From IMG/VR virus record IMGVR_UViG_3300011187_000002: 64,000 nt of DNA, one strand, 5' to 3'. Positions within the stretch are counted from its first letter, which is position 1; each line of letters opens with the position of its first letter. The translations under genes were made by a program, and so were the position numbers. The stretch is from a virus. Taxonomy: Duplodnaviria > Heunggongvirae > Uroviricota > Caudoviricetes. The notes under the pieces were generated by a model that had not been told where the DNA came from, made no database searches, and was given only the letters and a program-made list of their open reading frames with translations. Of the stretch, positions 36,882 to 45,817 are shown piece after piece.

Positions 36882-37794
36882 TTGTATCTCCTGTCTTGAC
36901 GAACCCTGTCTTGGCCGTAAAAGAAAGCAAGTCGGCGCGGATGGATTCGATATCTAGCTGATCACAAAAACGCTCAATGACTTCTTCGTCATGACGTCCT
37001 TCGCGTTCGTCGTAATCCTCGATCGACCGGAGGTACATGATGTCCCGGTTGACGTAGGCTTGGTCCTCAAAATCGGTGAGGGTGTTTTCTTGGAACTCGG
37101 TTAGCTTCACTTCACAGTCATTATAAATAGATTCCAGATCGCCGTCGTGTTCTTGGACGATGGTGGCAATCTTTTTGCGGGGGAAACGATACATGCCCGG
37201 CATGTTATCGCTCTTGTCCCCATCGAACACCCGGTAAGACAAAAGGAGACGGGGCGGCACACCGTATTCCTCTTCGACTTTAAGGGCGTCAAAAAACTTT
37301 TCCGGGTGCGGCGTCATTTGCACAGTCCCGTCGCCCACCAACTGAAGTAGGTCACGGTCGCTGCTTATAATGACGTTCTTGTATTCGTCGTCACTGAAAC
37401 GGTCACGCACAAGTGTCGCAATCATATCGTCGGCTTCGTAGCCTGCAGCGCTCACTTGGTGGATACCCGTGGCTTCAAGCAAATCCTGCAGCACAGACAC
37501 TTGGTCAAATACCAACTGACGTGTCTCAGACGGCCCCTCCGACGTTTCATCTTTCCGGTTGCCTTTGTAGTCGGCATAGATAGCTCGACGTTCCTCGCGG
37601 CTTCCAGCGCCTTCCCACGCTACCCAGATATCAGCACCGGGGAAACGATCACGCAACTTGACCATGTGACGGGCAAAGCCATAGATAGTTCCAGTAGGCA
37701 ACCCTTCGGAGTTCTGTAGCCCCTGCTTCTTGTCGTAAATGTAAGAGCAGCGAAAGGCGATGTTCATCCCGTCCACGATCACGTTGGTTTTCAT
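36832..37794 (-). CDS. 5'-3' exonuclease / flap endonuclease (PolA N-terminal type)
   Basis: VDGMN, EADD, SSDRDLLQL, GDKSDNMPG. Confidence 0.92.
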   Translation of the reverse strand: MKTNVIVDGMNIAFRCSYIYDKKQGLQNSEGLPTGTIYGFARHMVKLRDRFPGADIWVAWEGAGSREERRAIYADYKGNRKDETSEGPSETRQLVFDQVSVLQDLLEATGIHQVSAAGYEADDMIATLVRDRFSDDEYKNVIISSDRDLLQLVGDGTVQMTPHPEKFFDALKVEEEYGVPPRLLLSYRVFDGDKSDNMPGMYRFPRKKIATIVQEHDGDLESIYNDCEVKLTEFQENTLTDFEDQAYVNRDIMYLRSIEDYDEREGRHDEEVIERFCDQLDIESIRADLLSFTAKTGFVKTGDTNVSTLHPTAGSAGTGE

Positions 37795-38342
37795 AGTTCG
37801 TAGTCCTCATCGGAGTTAGCTGGTATTCGTTCGAAAAATTGGAAAGGTAATTCCACAATCACTTCCATGCTCTTCAGATCCACGATATGGACTGAAGCCC
37901 GTTCCTTGTCGGCGAACACGTTAAGGATCTTACCCCTAAGTGACGAGTACGCCCCTTCGCAAACCTTCACATAGTCTCCTACACAAATATCACGGGCCGC
38001 TTGACGGTGGAGCTTTTCCTTTAGTTCGTCTACGGTGTCCTGTTCCACATAGCAAATGAACCGTCCATTCGGTTCATCGTGGGTTAAGACACGACGCACA
38101 TAAGGAAGCTCTTCAAGCGTGAAGAACGTCGATGGGGGTATCACCGCTTCGACGAAAAAATAACCCTCCATCAAACAGATGGTAACATTACTTTCCCGTC
38201 TTGAAAAGGTGATAGAAGGGACGAAAATCTCGACCCCCTCCCCGATCTCGGGTTGTAAAAGGCTTTGAAGCTCAGGCGGGGTTTTCTTTTCCCCTTGGTG
38301 ACTAAGCTCCAAGATGACCCACTTTCTTTTTTGATCACTCAT
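37791..38342 (-). CDS. nusG: NusG-family transcription factor
   Basis: NGN-like WVIL...EGYFFVE...VRRVL plus KOW VGDYVKVCEGAYSSLRGKI; true start overlaps the dnaX stop. Confidence 0.8.
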   Translation of the reverse strand: MSDQKRKWVILELSHQGEKKTPPELQSLLQPEIGEGVEIFVPSITFSRRESNVTICLMEGYFFVEAVIPPSTFFTLEELPYVRRVLTHDEPNGRFICYVEQDTVDELKEKLHRQAARDICVGDYVKVCEGAYSSLRGKILNVFADKERASVHIVDLKSMEVIVELPFQFFERIPANSDEDYEL

Positions 38343-39756
38343 CAGGCGATTCGAATAGCTTCTTTTGCTCCGAGTAATCTGTTCCGGTGGGTGCTTTGGG
38401 GGTAATAGGGCGCGGCGCAGCTTTGACTGAGCTACGTTTCTTCCGGTAAGCGTCCATAGGATCTTCAACAGCATCTGCCGTCGCTGACGGTGTTCCACGT
38501 GCGGCTTTACCACCGTAGGGCATAGCTTTCTCAGCCATTTCCCTGTTTTCACGTTCTACGTCGCGTTTCGACTTGGGCTTGGACCCTGTGGGTGCTTTAT
38601 CTTCGGTAACTTCTTGCGAAGGTTCCGAGGGGACCGGGACGGTGATCGTTTGTGGCTGGGAAGCCATCTGTACGGTACCGTTTTCAAGCTGGTTCTGTAG
38701 CATTAAAAGCTCGCAGACCAACGCATTCCGATCCATCTTCCGGTTCGCATTCAAGATGCGATGCGCTAGAGTAAGTAGTGTTTCTTCTTCATAGCATGAA
38801 GAAATCTGTTCTGCAAGCGATTTCTCCACGTAACTCAGACCAATAGTTATGCCTTTTGCCAACCTATATGATGCCATAGCCGCGTCGGCAATACCCTCGT
38901 AGATCGAGTCAGGATCTGTCTGGGTCAAGGCTTCCATTAGAGCGGCCATGCTTTTGTCTGGATCATCCCGAAGATGTAAGAGCATTTCATACTCCTTCGA
39001 AATTACATCCAATCCTAATTGCTGCCGAACGGTATCCTCTGTAACGGGACCAACCCGGCTTACTCGTTCAAGGGCGTTCACCATGTCTCGGATATGCCCT
39101 TTGCCATAACCGAAGATGAGATCAAGCGCGTCGTCGTCTTCGACAGCGATCTCTTCCTGTTCAGCTATGTAACGCAGGCGACGGACAACTTCATCCCTCG
39201 ATGGCTCTTTAATACCAAAGACCATACAACGGCCTTTGATCGTACCCCGTAGCTTTTGCGGCTCGGTAGTACAGAACAAACACACGAGGCGCTTGTCTTT
39301 GGTGCCGGGGACATTATCCTCCATAGGCTTCAGGAGGGCGTCCATCGCCTGCGATGATAGCCGGTGGCATTCATCAATAAGATAAATCTTACGGTCGCCA
39401 CCGTCCAATGTGTAATAGTTCAACCCTTCGACGATCTTGCGAATGTTGTCCGCACCCGTATGATTGGCCGCGTCCATCTCCTTGAATGAGGGACTATCCC
39501 CACGATCAAGGATTTCCCTGCAGGAGTTGCATTCGTTACAAGGTTCCGCCACATCAGGATCGAAATTATCACACAGCATTGCCCGTGCTAGAATACGGGC
39601 GGTCGTCGTCTTACCTGTGCCCGAAGGCCCAGAAAAGACATACGATTTTTGAAAAATGTCACCCCTTCGAAGTAGCTCTTGGAGCACATGAATCGTGCTC
39701 TGCTGGCCGATTACATCTTCGAAAAGGTCTGGTCGGTATTTCGTATCGAAAGACAT
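38335..39756 (-). CDS. dnaX: DNA polymerase III gamma/tau (clamp loader)
   Basis: KYRP..FEDVIGQ, GPSGTGKTT, C..C..C, IDECHRL, TIKGRC, GHIRD. Confidence 0.93.
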   Translation of the reverse strand: MSFDTKYRPDLFEDVIGQQSTIHVLQELLRRGDIFQKSYVFSGPSGTGKTTTARILARAMLCDNFDPDVAEPCNECNSCREILDRGDSPSFKEMDAANHTGADNIRKIVEGLNYYTLDGGDRKIYLIDECHRLSSQAMDALLKPMEDNVPGTKDKRLVCLFCTTEPQKLRGTIKGRCMVFGIKEPSRDEVVRRLRYIAEQEEIAVEDDDALDLIFGYGKGHIRDMVNALERVSRVGPVTEDTVRQQLGLDVISKEYEMLLHLRDDPDKSMAALMEALTQTDPDSIYEGIADAAMASYRLAKGITIGLSYVEKSLAEQISSCYEEETLLTLAHRILNANRKMDRNALVCELLMLQNQLENGTVQMASQPQTITVPVPSEPSQEVTEDKAPTGSKPKSKRDVERENREMAEKAMPYGGKAARGTPSATADAVEDPMDAYRKKRSSVKAAPRPITPKAPTGTDYSEQKKLFESPDE

Positions 39757-39778
39757 GTGGCAGTGTGATCCTCAAGGT

Positions 39779-39798
39779 GGAGGGGCAAAAGCCCCTCC
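39779..39798 (-). other. GC-rich hairpin between genes
   Basis: GGAGGGGC-TTTT-GCCCCTCC; no U-tract. Confidence 0.5.
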
Positions 39799-39808
39799 GG
39801 TGATTCTA

Positions 39809-40342
39809 TTACGAATTGACCGAAACGTCGCTTTCGGTGTCCGTGTCAGCATCCGTATCTTGCGACCGGACCGTAGGTTCTTGCACCTTCGTCTGCTTGC
39901 GGCCAATGTCGATCACAGACAGCTTGTTGACCCCTTGATCCCAATTGGTTCCGTGACGGGCAAGGATAACCGGGAAGGCTTGAACTTCCGGCTTGCGGGT
40001 CTTCCACTTCATGTTCCCTTGCTTGTCCTCTTCACCGTAACATTGCTCAAGCAGGAAATCGACCCATGCTTCCTTGTTGTCGTTGTTCAGTTCGGTCCAA
40101 ATATCGGCCCCGAGCACAATCATGAAATCGTAACCGCGTGTGCCGTCGTCATTCTCTTCCATCAACGGCTGATATTTGGCGGGCACCTTGAAAGACTTCC
40201 CTACGATCGGGCGTCCATCGCTCTTGGTCGCTTTCTCTTTGAAAACGAAAGCGATATTAGCGCCCACGAGGTCCGGGTGGTACCTGAGATAGTCGTTTGC
40301 GATATCTTCGGCTTCTGCTGCTTTCCAATACATCTGAGCCAT
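39809..40342 (-). CDS. Phage metallopeptidase-like protein lacking HExxH
   Basis: YDFMIVLGADIWTEL...EAWVDFLLEQC...KPEVQAFPVILARHG; expected DHELxH replaced. Confidence 0.6.
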   Translation of the reverse strand: MAQMYWKAAEAEDIANDYLRYHPDLVGANIAFVFKEKATKSDGRPIVGKSFKVPAKYQPLMEENDDGTRGYDFMIVLGADIWTELNNDNKEAWVDFLLEQCYGEEDKQGNMKWKTRKPEVQAFPVILARHGTNWDQGVNKLSVIDIGRKQTKVQEPTVRSQDTDADTDTESDVSVNS

Positions 40343-40392
40343 TACGGTCTCCTTAGTGTTTCGTAGTAAAAAGGGGCTTTGATCACACCCTA

Positions 40393-40425
40393 CGGATTGA
40401 TACCACAATCCGATACGTAAAGCAA
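40393..40425 (-). promoter_or_regulatory. Sigma70-like promoter with the -10 in an inverted repeat
   Basis: TTGCTT-N17-TATCAA with TG; IR CGGATTG/CAATCCG around TGGTAT. Confidence 0.5.
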
Positions 40426-40427
40426 CC

Positions 40428-41132
40428 TCAGAAAAGAAGTCGCCGTGTTAACAGTTCATTGAGTCCATCGTCACCGATAGATTCCCACACCTCCGACACA
40501 TCCTTACCTCGGAGTTCGATGCGGCGTAGGGATTTGAAGGAGTCTTTATACTCACCTTCAAAGCGTTGCCAGAAATGGTTGCCGCCCCAATCCATGTCGA
40601 AAACCACGTTAACGTGATCTACAAACCGGGTGAGAAATGCAATCTGGCGCTTACTCACATTCGCCGTACCAGTACATATCGTATTAGGAAAGATACGTTG
40701 CAACGGGAAATAGTCAAACAACCCTTCGCATATATACACTTCGCGGGTATCCCAAATCCGGGGCATCGCAAGCTCCGCCCCGAAAAAGATCGCATCCACG
40801 CGAGAACGATTCAAGTAAAATTTCGAATAGTCCTTTTTTGTTTGGATCGGGGACCGCAACTGAAGACCCCGCAAAACACCTAGCGGGTTCCGCATAGGGA
40901 AAACCAACTTGCCCCGGAGGCGGTAACCCTTAGACGACCATTCCAGATAGCTCTGGATATCCTCGTCGTCGCCGGAAAAGTACGGGGGCCACACATCCTC
41001 TGGAAAATACCCAATGCCAATCTGTTCGATCTGTGCGTCTGAAACGCCCCTCGCTCGAAGGTAATCAATCGCTGGGCTCTTCCGCACGTGTTTCTGTGCT
41101 GCTGTCAAGATCCGGTTCAGGAACATCGTCAT
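40428..41132 (-). CDS. dnaG: DNA primase catalytic core (TOPRIM), no CHC2 zinc finger
   Basis: YLRARG, LVFPMRN, ICEGLFD, FDMD. Confidence 0.85.
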   Translation of the reverse strand: MTMFLNRILTAAQKHVRKSPAIDYLRARGVSDAQIEQIGIGYFPEDVWPPYFSGDDEDIQSYLEWSSKGYRLRGKLVFPMRNPLGVLRGLQLRSPIQTKKDYSKFYLNRSRVDAIFFGAELAMPRIWDTREVYICEGLFDYFPLQRIFPNTICTGTANVSKRQIAFLTRFVDHVNVVFDMDWGGNHFWQRFEGEYKDSFKSLRRIELRGKDVSEVWESIGDDGLNELLTRRLLF

Positions 41133-41802
41133 GGTCGTTTAATCCTACTCGTAGTATGATCATGCTTCGCTCCGCATTGTGGACCAAAATGCTAGCAAAA
41201 TCCCCCACTCTAGTCATCAAGCCTACCGACTTTGGTTCGCCCGAAAATACGATATGCTCTGACATGTGGGGATTGAAATAGACGGGAACCTCGCCCACTT
41301 TACCCACGTGTAAATGCTCGGCCATCCACTCGTTAAGAAGGTCACTGGTTATGTCGCTAATGCTATCGACCTTTTCCGGCAAATCAATAAGATCGGCGGT
41401 TACAAGAGCCGCAAAACCTACCAAGCCTACAAAGCCGTGCTGGGGTTCCAGATCATACGACTTCAAATAGGTTGCTACCGTGTCCAGCAAAGTTTCGTCA
41501 GGGAGTGCTATTTCAGCCACACCACCCCACTGCCGTTTGGACCCGTGGTCGTAAAGGAAATCAATGAGGTCAGCGTGCTGTGCCTCCTCATCATCGAAAT
41601 CCAAATCGAAAAATCCGGTGCGGGTTTCACGCTGTGGGGCCACACGCACCATGTGAAAGTCACCGGACCGAAGACTGATACACGCCTCTTCAAAGTCTCC
41701 CGACACAGGATAAGACATAATCATGGGCGTTTTAAGGCCGCCTTGATCAGCCATATCACGCCGGTGGCGGTCCACAAATAGCAATTTAGTCAAAGAGGAC
41801 AT
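41065..41802 (-). CDS. Hypothetical protein; C-terminus weakly resembles the MCP C-terminus
   Basis: VFSGEPKSVG...HNAERSMIIL vs MCP YVCCEPEMFG...FNPRGLVRL. Confidence 0.55.
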   Translation of the reverse strand: MSSLTKLLFVDRHRRDMADQGGLKTPMIMSYPVSGDFEEACISLRSGDFHMVRVAPQRETRTGFFDLDFDDEEAQHADLIDFLYDHGSKRQWGGVAEIALPDETLLDTVATYLKSYDLEPQHGFVGLVGFAALVTADLIDLPEKVDSISDITSDLLNEWMAEHLHVGKVGEVPVYFNPHMSEHIVFSGEPKSVGLMTRVGDFASILVHNAERSMIILRVGLNDHDDVPEPDLDSSTETRAEEPSD

Positions 41803-41803
41803 A

Positions 41804-42220
41804 TCAACCCCGCGTAAACCATAGCTTAATCCTTTGCCACCACGACAAGTTCGTAGTGACCTCTTCAGGGGCCTCACCTAAAGTCCACTGAAGCATCGCC
41901 ACATCGCGATACTCAGTGAAAAGTATCTCCGGGTCCTGAAGTTGCCCGTCGAATTCCTTTTTGAGCGTCGCCTTGTCGTGCTGGTTATCAAAAAACGGGC
42001 ACGTCTGAGCGTTCTCATCGGTGTCACAAATATTGCCCGGCCAATTTTCCGGGTCTTCCGCACCAAGCATACATAGCCGGAGGGGGCCGTCTTCCTTTAC
42101 ATGCTCATGGTTATGAACACAGTTACACGGCCTAACGCTCAATCGATCATCAAGGTAACGCGCTAAATAGCGGTACCTGAGATCACGAAGCTTCTTATTA
42201 ATCTCTGACGCATCTTTCAT
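41804..42220 (-). CDS. Cys-rich hypothetical protein
   Basis: PCNCVHN...LCM...ICD...CPFF. Confidence 0.65.
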   Translation of the reverse strand: MKDASEINKKLRDLRYRYLARYLDDRLSVRPCNCVHNHEHVKEDGPLRLCMLGAEDPENWPGNICDTDENAQTCPFFDNQHDKATLKKEFDGQLQDPEILFTEYRDVAMLQWTLGEAPEEVTTNLSWWQRIKLWFTRG

Positions 42221-42224
42221 AAGC

Positions 42225-43427
42225 TTATCCTAAAAGATCGTCAAAGCTCATTTCTTCTATCACAGAATCCTCTTCAATCTCTTTAGGTATATACCCATCT
42301 TCCCAAGGAGCTTTCGTATTACGTGAATACTCAGCAAGTCGCTCACTAGCTATAACAGCATATTCTGGATTTAACTCTATACCTATGGATCTTCGGCCTA
42401 ACTTTTCTGCTACCAGAAGCGTTGTGGCCGCCCCTGCAAAAAGATCAAGTACCGTACAGGGTACGGGGTCCGAAGATGCAACAAAAAAAGGGTCGTTGTT
42501 ACAAGCGCAACTCGTTTTGCACTCTGAATTTTTCCTCACATAAGGAGCTTCACATCCGGGACAACACCCCGCCTCGGAAGTACCTGCCTTGATGCACGGT
42601 GCCACCAAAGCCTCGGGAGCCGTCGCGAAATGAGCACCCCTAAAGGGTTTTGTGGGGATGCACCACACATCACGACGGTTACGTCCTGCAGGATGCAATG
42701 CACGAGAAAGATCATTAGCAATGGTCTGATTTCCGGGACCATCTCCCCATTTGTGACCTTTTCGGTGGTGCCCCCTCTGTACACGTGCTACGGACTCAGC
42801 ACTCACAGGTTCTCGAATAGCAATATGATCGTAAAAGTACCGCTTGTTTTTGGAAAAGAGGAAAATATGTTCATGAGCAGAAGATGGACGATCTTTCACT
42901 GACTCTGGCATGGGATTACCCACGTACAGATCAAGATCCTCTACAATCGCCTTGGCAACTGAAGTACTCACCCCGTTCTTTACCGCCGATTGATATACCC
43001 TTTTGGACACACCCTCATGACCACTGATACCTTTTGCCCAGATAATATCTGACCTCAAATACCATCCGTCATCTTGGAGAGCCTTAGCCACACGCCAAGG
43101 AATACCGATTAGATCCTTGGGTTTAAGACCAGTTTTTGTGGTGTCCGAACCTGTGGATGACGACGCATAACTGTCCCCAAGGTTCAACCAAAGAGTACCA
43201 TCATCCCGCAAAACACGCCGTGCTTCTGCAAACACAGTAACCAATGCCTCGACGAATTCATCGGGGGTGAGCTCAAGCCCTATTTGATCCTTTTCACCAT
43301 AATCACGAAGTCCGAAATAAGGAGGACTCGTCCAGATCATGTGAACCGATTCATCAGGAAGCCCCTCTAAACGTTCACGACAATCCCCCACCAATATCTT
43401 CCAGTTATTGTGTTCTATGTCTGTCAT
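42225..43427 (-). CDS. N4/N6 DNA methyltransferase (beta class)
   Basis: TSPPY catalytic motif before the DLFAGAATT SAM motif; GIELNPEY; visibly more AT-rich than flanks. Confidence 0.9.
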   Translation of the reverse strand: MTDIEHNNWKILVGDCRERLEGLPDESVHMIWTSPPYFGLRDYGEKDQIGLELTPDEFVEALVTVFAEARRVLRDDGTLWLNLGDSYASSSTGSDTTKTGLKPKDLIGIPWRVAKALQDDGWYLRSDIIWAKGISGHEGVSKRVYQSAVKNGVSTSVAKAIVEDLDLYVGNPMPESVKDRPSSAHEHIFLFSKNKRYFYDHIAIREPVSAESVARVQRGHHRKGHKWGDGPGNQTIANDLSRALHPAGRNRRDVWCIPTKPFRGAHFATAPEALVAPCIKAGTSEAGCCPGCEAPYVRKNSECKTSCACNNDPFFVASSDPVPCTVLDLFAGAATTLLVAEKLGRRSIGIELNPEYAVIASERLAEYSRNTKAPWEDGYIPKEIEEDSVIEEMSFDDLLG

Positions 43428-44053
43428 CGTATTTTCTTTAGTTGTAGACGCTCATTGGCGTCAGAGGATCCCATGTATGCGTTATCACTTTGATCTACAA
43501 AGTCGGCGTTATGCGTCACCAACAAAATGTTCACGTCCAGTTCGTCACACAGCTTGCGCAAAAAATCGCCGCAAGTCTCTACGTACTCCGTGGACAGAGC
43601 GCCCAACGCCTCGTCCAAAACCAGGTACCTAGCTAGGTCCGCCTTCAAGAGGACTAGAATACGCAACAGAAGGCTTACAACAGACGCTACGCCGCCGCCG
43701 AAAGATTCAAGGGGGTTAGCCCGGACACCGTTCTGCTCGGTCACAAAATTGGCGTAGACCTTCCCACGCTTTTGCTCAACCTCGATATCGAACTTGACGT
43801 CTTGGTCGAAATAAATCGACTGCAAACCTTCCGTAACGATCCGGCTAAAGGACTCAGCGTATTCGTACACGTACTTGTTCAGGAGGTGCTTGAATAGCTC
43901 GCCCACCTTTTCCAAAAGAACGTCCTCTTGGTTAAGATGCTCGATCTGTCCCGTAAGTTCCGTTTGCCGCTCTTGGAGCATGGCGTAAGACGTCTCCACT
44001 TTACGCGCTTGATCCATCACGGATTCGTATCTCGCTTCAAAATCAGGCGTCAT
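43424..44053 (-). CDS. sbcC: SbcC/Rad50 C-terminal half
   Basis: Signature ESFGGG, Walker B LVLDEALGALS, H-loop VTHN; no Walker A. Confidence 0.85.
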   Translation of the reverse strand: MTPDFEARYESVMDQARKVETSYAMLQERQTELTGQIEHLNQEDVLLEKVGELFKHLLNKYVYEYAESFSRIVTEGLQSIYFDQDVKFDIEVEQKRGKVYANFVTEQNGVRANPLESFGGGVASVVSLLLRILVLLKADLARYLVLDEALGALSTEYVETCGDFLRKLCDELDVNILLVTHNADFVDQSDNAYMGSSDANERLQLKKIR

Positions 44054-44327
44054 CAGAAACCTCCACGGTCGTGTAACCCCAATCTTCACAAGATTCACAC
44101 GGTACGAAATTCCCATCAACTTCAAGCTCACCATAGCCTTCACAGGTACTACAAAAAGTTTGGATCACGTAACGCCCATCCCCAAACTCAATGTCCTGAG
44201 CTACCTTTTTACCCTTTTTCACAAGGTAAGGACTACCACAACACCCACAACCCCCTACCACAAAACCGTGCTTATCCGTGAGATCTTGAAGATCGGATAA
44301 AAATTCCGCTACTCTATCCTTCATCAT
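44043..44327 (-). CDS. Small Cys-rich protein
   Basis: GGCGCCGSP; CSTCEGYG...CESC. Confidence 0.65.
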   Translation of the reverse strand: MMKDRVAEFLSDLQDLTDKHGFVVGGCGCCGSPYLVKKGKKVAQDIEFGDGRYVIQTFCSTCEGYGELEVDGNFVPCESCEDWGYTTVEVSDDA

Positions 44328-45508
44328 AGATCGACTCGTAAGGTCACGAGGCAAATGCGAATATTGTCGTCTTCGGTCTTTTCGTAGAGCTTGACGTATT
44401 TGGTCTGAGCACCGTCATGGGCGCTAACACCGATCGTCACCTCATCATCGTCATACAACGACAGAGGGTTCGTCAAGAAGTGCCGGTTGACTTTGAGTGA
44501 TACCGACTCGCCCGAAGACTTCACACGAACGACCGGGATCTTAACCACCGAATCATGCTTTTCTAAGGCGTCTTTCATCTTCAAGGTCAATACGCCCTCA
44601 GCACCCTCGGGGCCAGCGACACCGATTTCAAGCACCACGTCGTCCGGGTCTGCCGTAGCTCCCAGCGCCTTAACGGCACTCTGGAGCTTCGTCTTATCTA
44701 CCGACCACACTTCCGGCTCGGAAAGGTCAACCGGGATACCGGGAATGTTCGGGAGCGCCAGATGCGTATCGGGATAACCGAAAAGGGATCCGTCGTCGGA
44801 TTCGACCACGAAAAGGTCGGACTTCGACACGGTGCAGGAAAGGTCACACGTCTTGCTGAGGAACGAAATCAGCTTTTTGATTTCATCCTTTGTGATCTTA
44901 AACCGCTCTTCGCTATCCACATACTCAGCCAGCGCATCGTCTTCATCGGCCTCAGCCAACTTGAACATGGCCAGTGAACAGGTATCGGTCGCCAGCATAT
45001 CCCGGCCCCGCAACTCCGTCACTTGCAAATTGTTCGCAAGCTCGTTGTTCGTCGTAGCTTCCCCAATGAAAGGGCGCACGAATTTCAGGGAATCCACGAA
45101 TGCGTTGGGGTTGATATCGAAGAGCTTGGTTTTGTCTTCGAGGCGCTTGGAAAAGTCCGGGAAAGAGGCTGCATCGAGCGATGCAAAATGGCCCTTAGCT
45201 TCGCCGCATTCCATAACCACGCCGTTAGCGTCGGCTTCCACGTCAACCACATCGTCAAACACGCTACCGACCCACTGAGAAAGCCGTGCGGCCTCTACGG
45301 TGAAACTACCCTCACCATGAAGGGAATCTTCCACGATTGTAGTAGGTACCTTGACCATGATTCGGCGGTCGGTAGCCCACAAGACGAGACTATCCTCCTC
45401 GACCTTGAAAAGAATCGAAGAAGTGATCACACCCGCATCGTTGGTAACAGCGAGGCTTGCTACATCGAGGGCCGCCTTCAAAGCGTCCTTTTGAATACTA
45501 AATCTCAT
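44324..45508 (-). CDS. dnaN: DNA polymerase III beta sliding clamp
   Basis: MRFSIQKDAL, LVLWATDRR, ASLDAASFPDF, LATDT..L, LKVN..FL; ~394 aa. Confidence 0.85.
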   Translation of the reverse strand: MRFSIQKDALKAALDVASLAVTNDAGVITSSILFKVEEDSLVLWATDRRIMVKVPTTIVEDSLHGEGSFTVEAARLSQWVGSVFDDVVDVEADANGVVMECGEAKGHFASLDAASFPDFSKRLEDKTKLFDINPNAFVDSLKFVRPFIGEATTNNELANNLQVTELRGRDMLATDTCSLAMFKLAEADEDDALAEYVDSEERFKITKDEIKKLISFLSKTCDLSCTVSKSDLFVVESDDGSLFGYPDTHLALPNIPGIPVDLSEPEVWSVDKTKLQSAVKALGATADPDDVVLEIGVAGPEGAEGVLTLKMKDALEKHDSVVKIPVVRVKSSGESVSLKVNRHFLTNPLSLYDDDEVTIGVSAHDGAQTKYVKLYEKTEDDNIRICLVTLRVDL

Positions 45509-45527
45509 ACCGTAACTCCTAATAATT

Positions 45528-45800
45528 TCAATCGTCATACTTGGCGAGTTTCTCTTCCACCTCTTCCAAAGCGGACTCAGCCAAGGCAACCTTGCCGTTT
45601 AGCTCTTTACGCTTCTGGGGAAGAAGGTCCGGGATCTCTTTAAGATCGTAACCCTTTTCGGCGGCCTCCTCCTTGAGGTTGCGCAATTCTTCTTGCGCAT
45701 TTTTAAGGCGGGCCACCTTTTCCGCCTTTTGACTCACTAACTGCTCACGCTGTGATTTGATCTTCTTGATGCGAGCTTCAAGATCGGTCATGTCGCTCAT
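45528..45800 (-). CDS. Small coiled-coil protein (candidate middle piece of split SbcC)
   Basis: 90 aa, heptad-rich; lies between the two SbcC halves. Confidence 0.65.
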   Translation of the reverse strand: MSDMTDLEARIKKIKSQREQLVSQKAEKVARLKNAQEELRNLKEEAAEKGYDLKEIPDLLPQKRKELNGKVALAESALEEVEEKLAKYDD

Positions 45801-45817
45801 AGTGATACTCCTTCGTA

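Noticed and set aside
38335-39756. Programmed tau/gamma frameshift in dnaX
   Set aside because: I did not find an in-frame A AAA AAG with a downstream stem-loop, and the protein is already gamma-plus sized.
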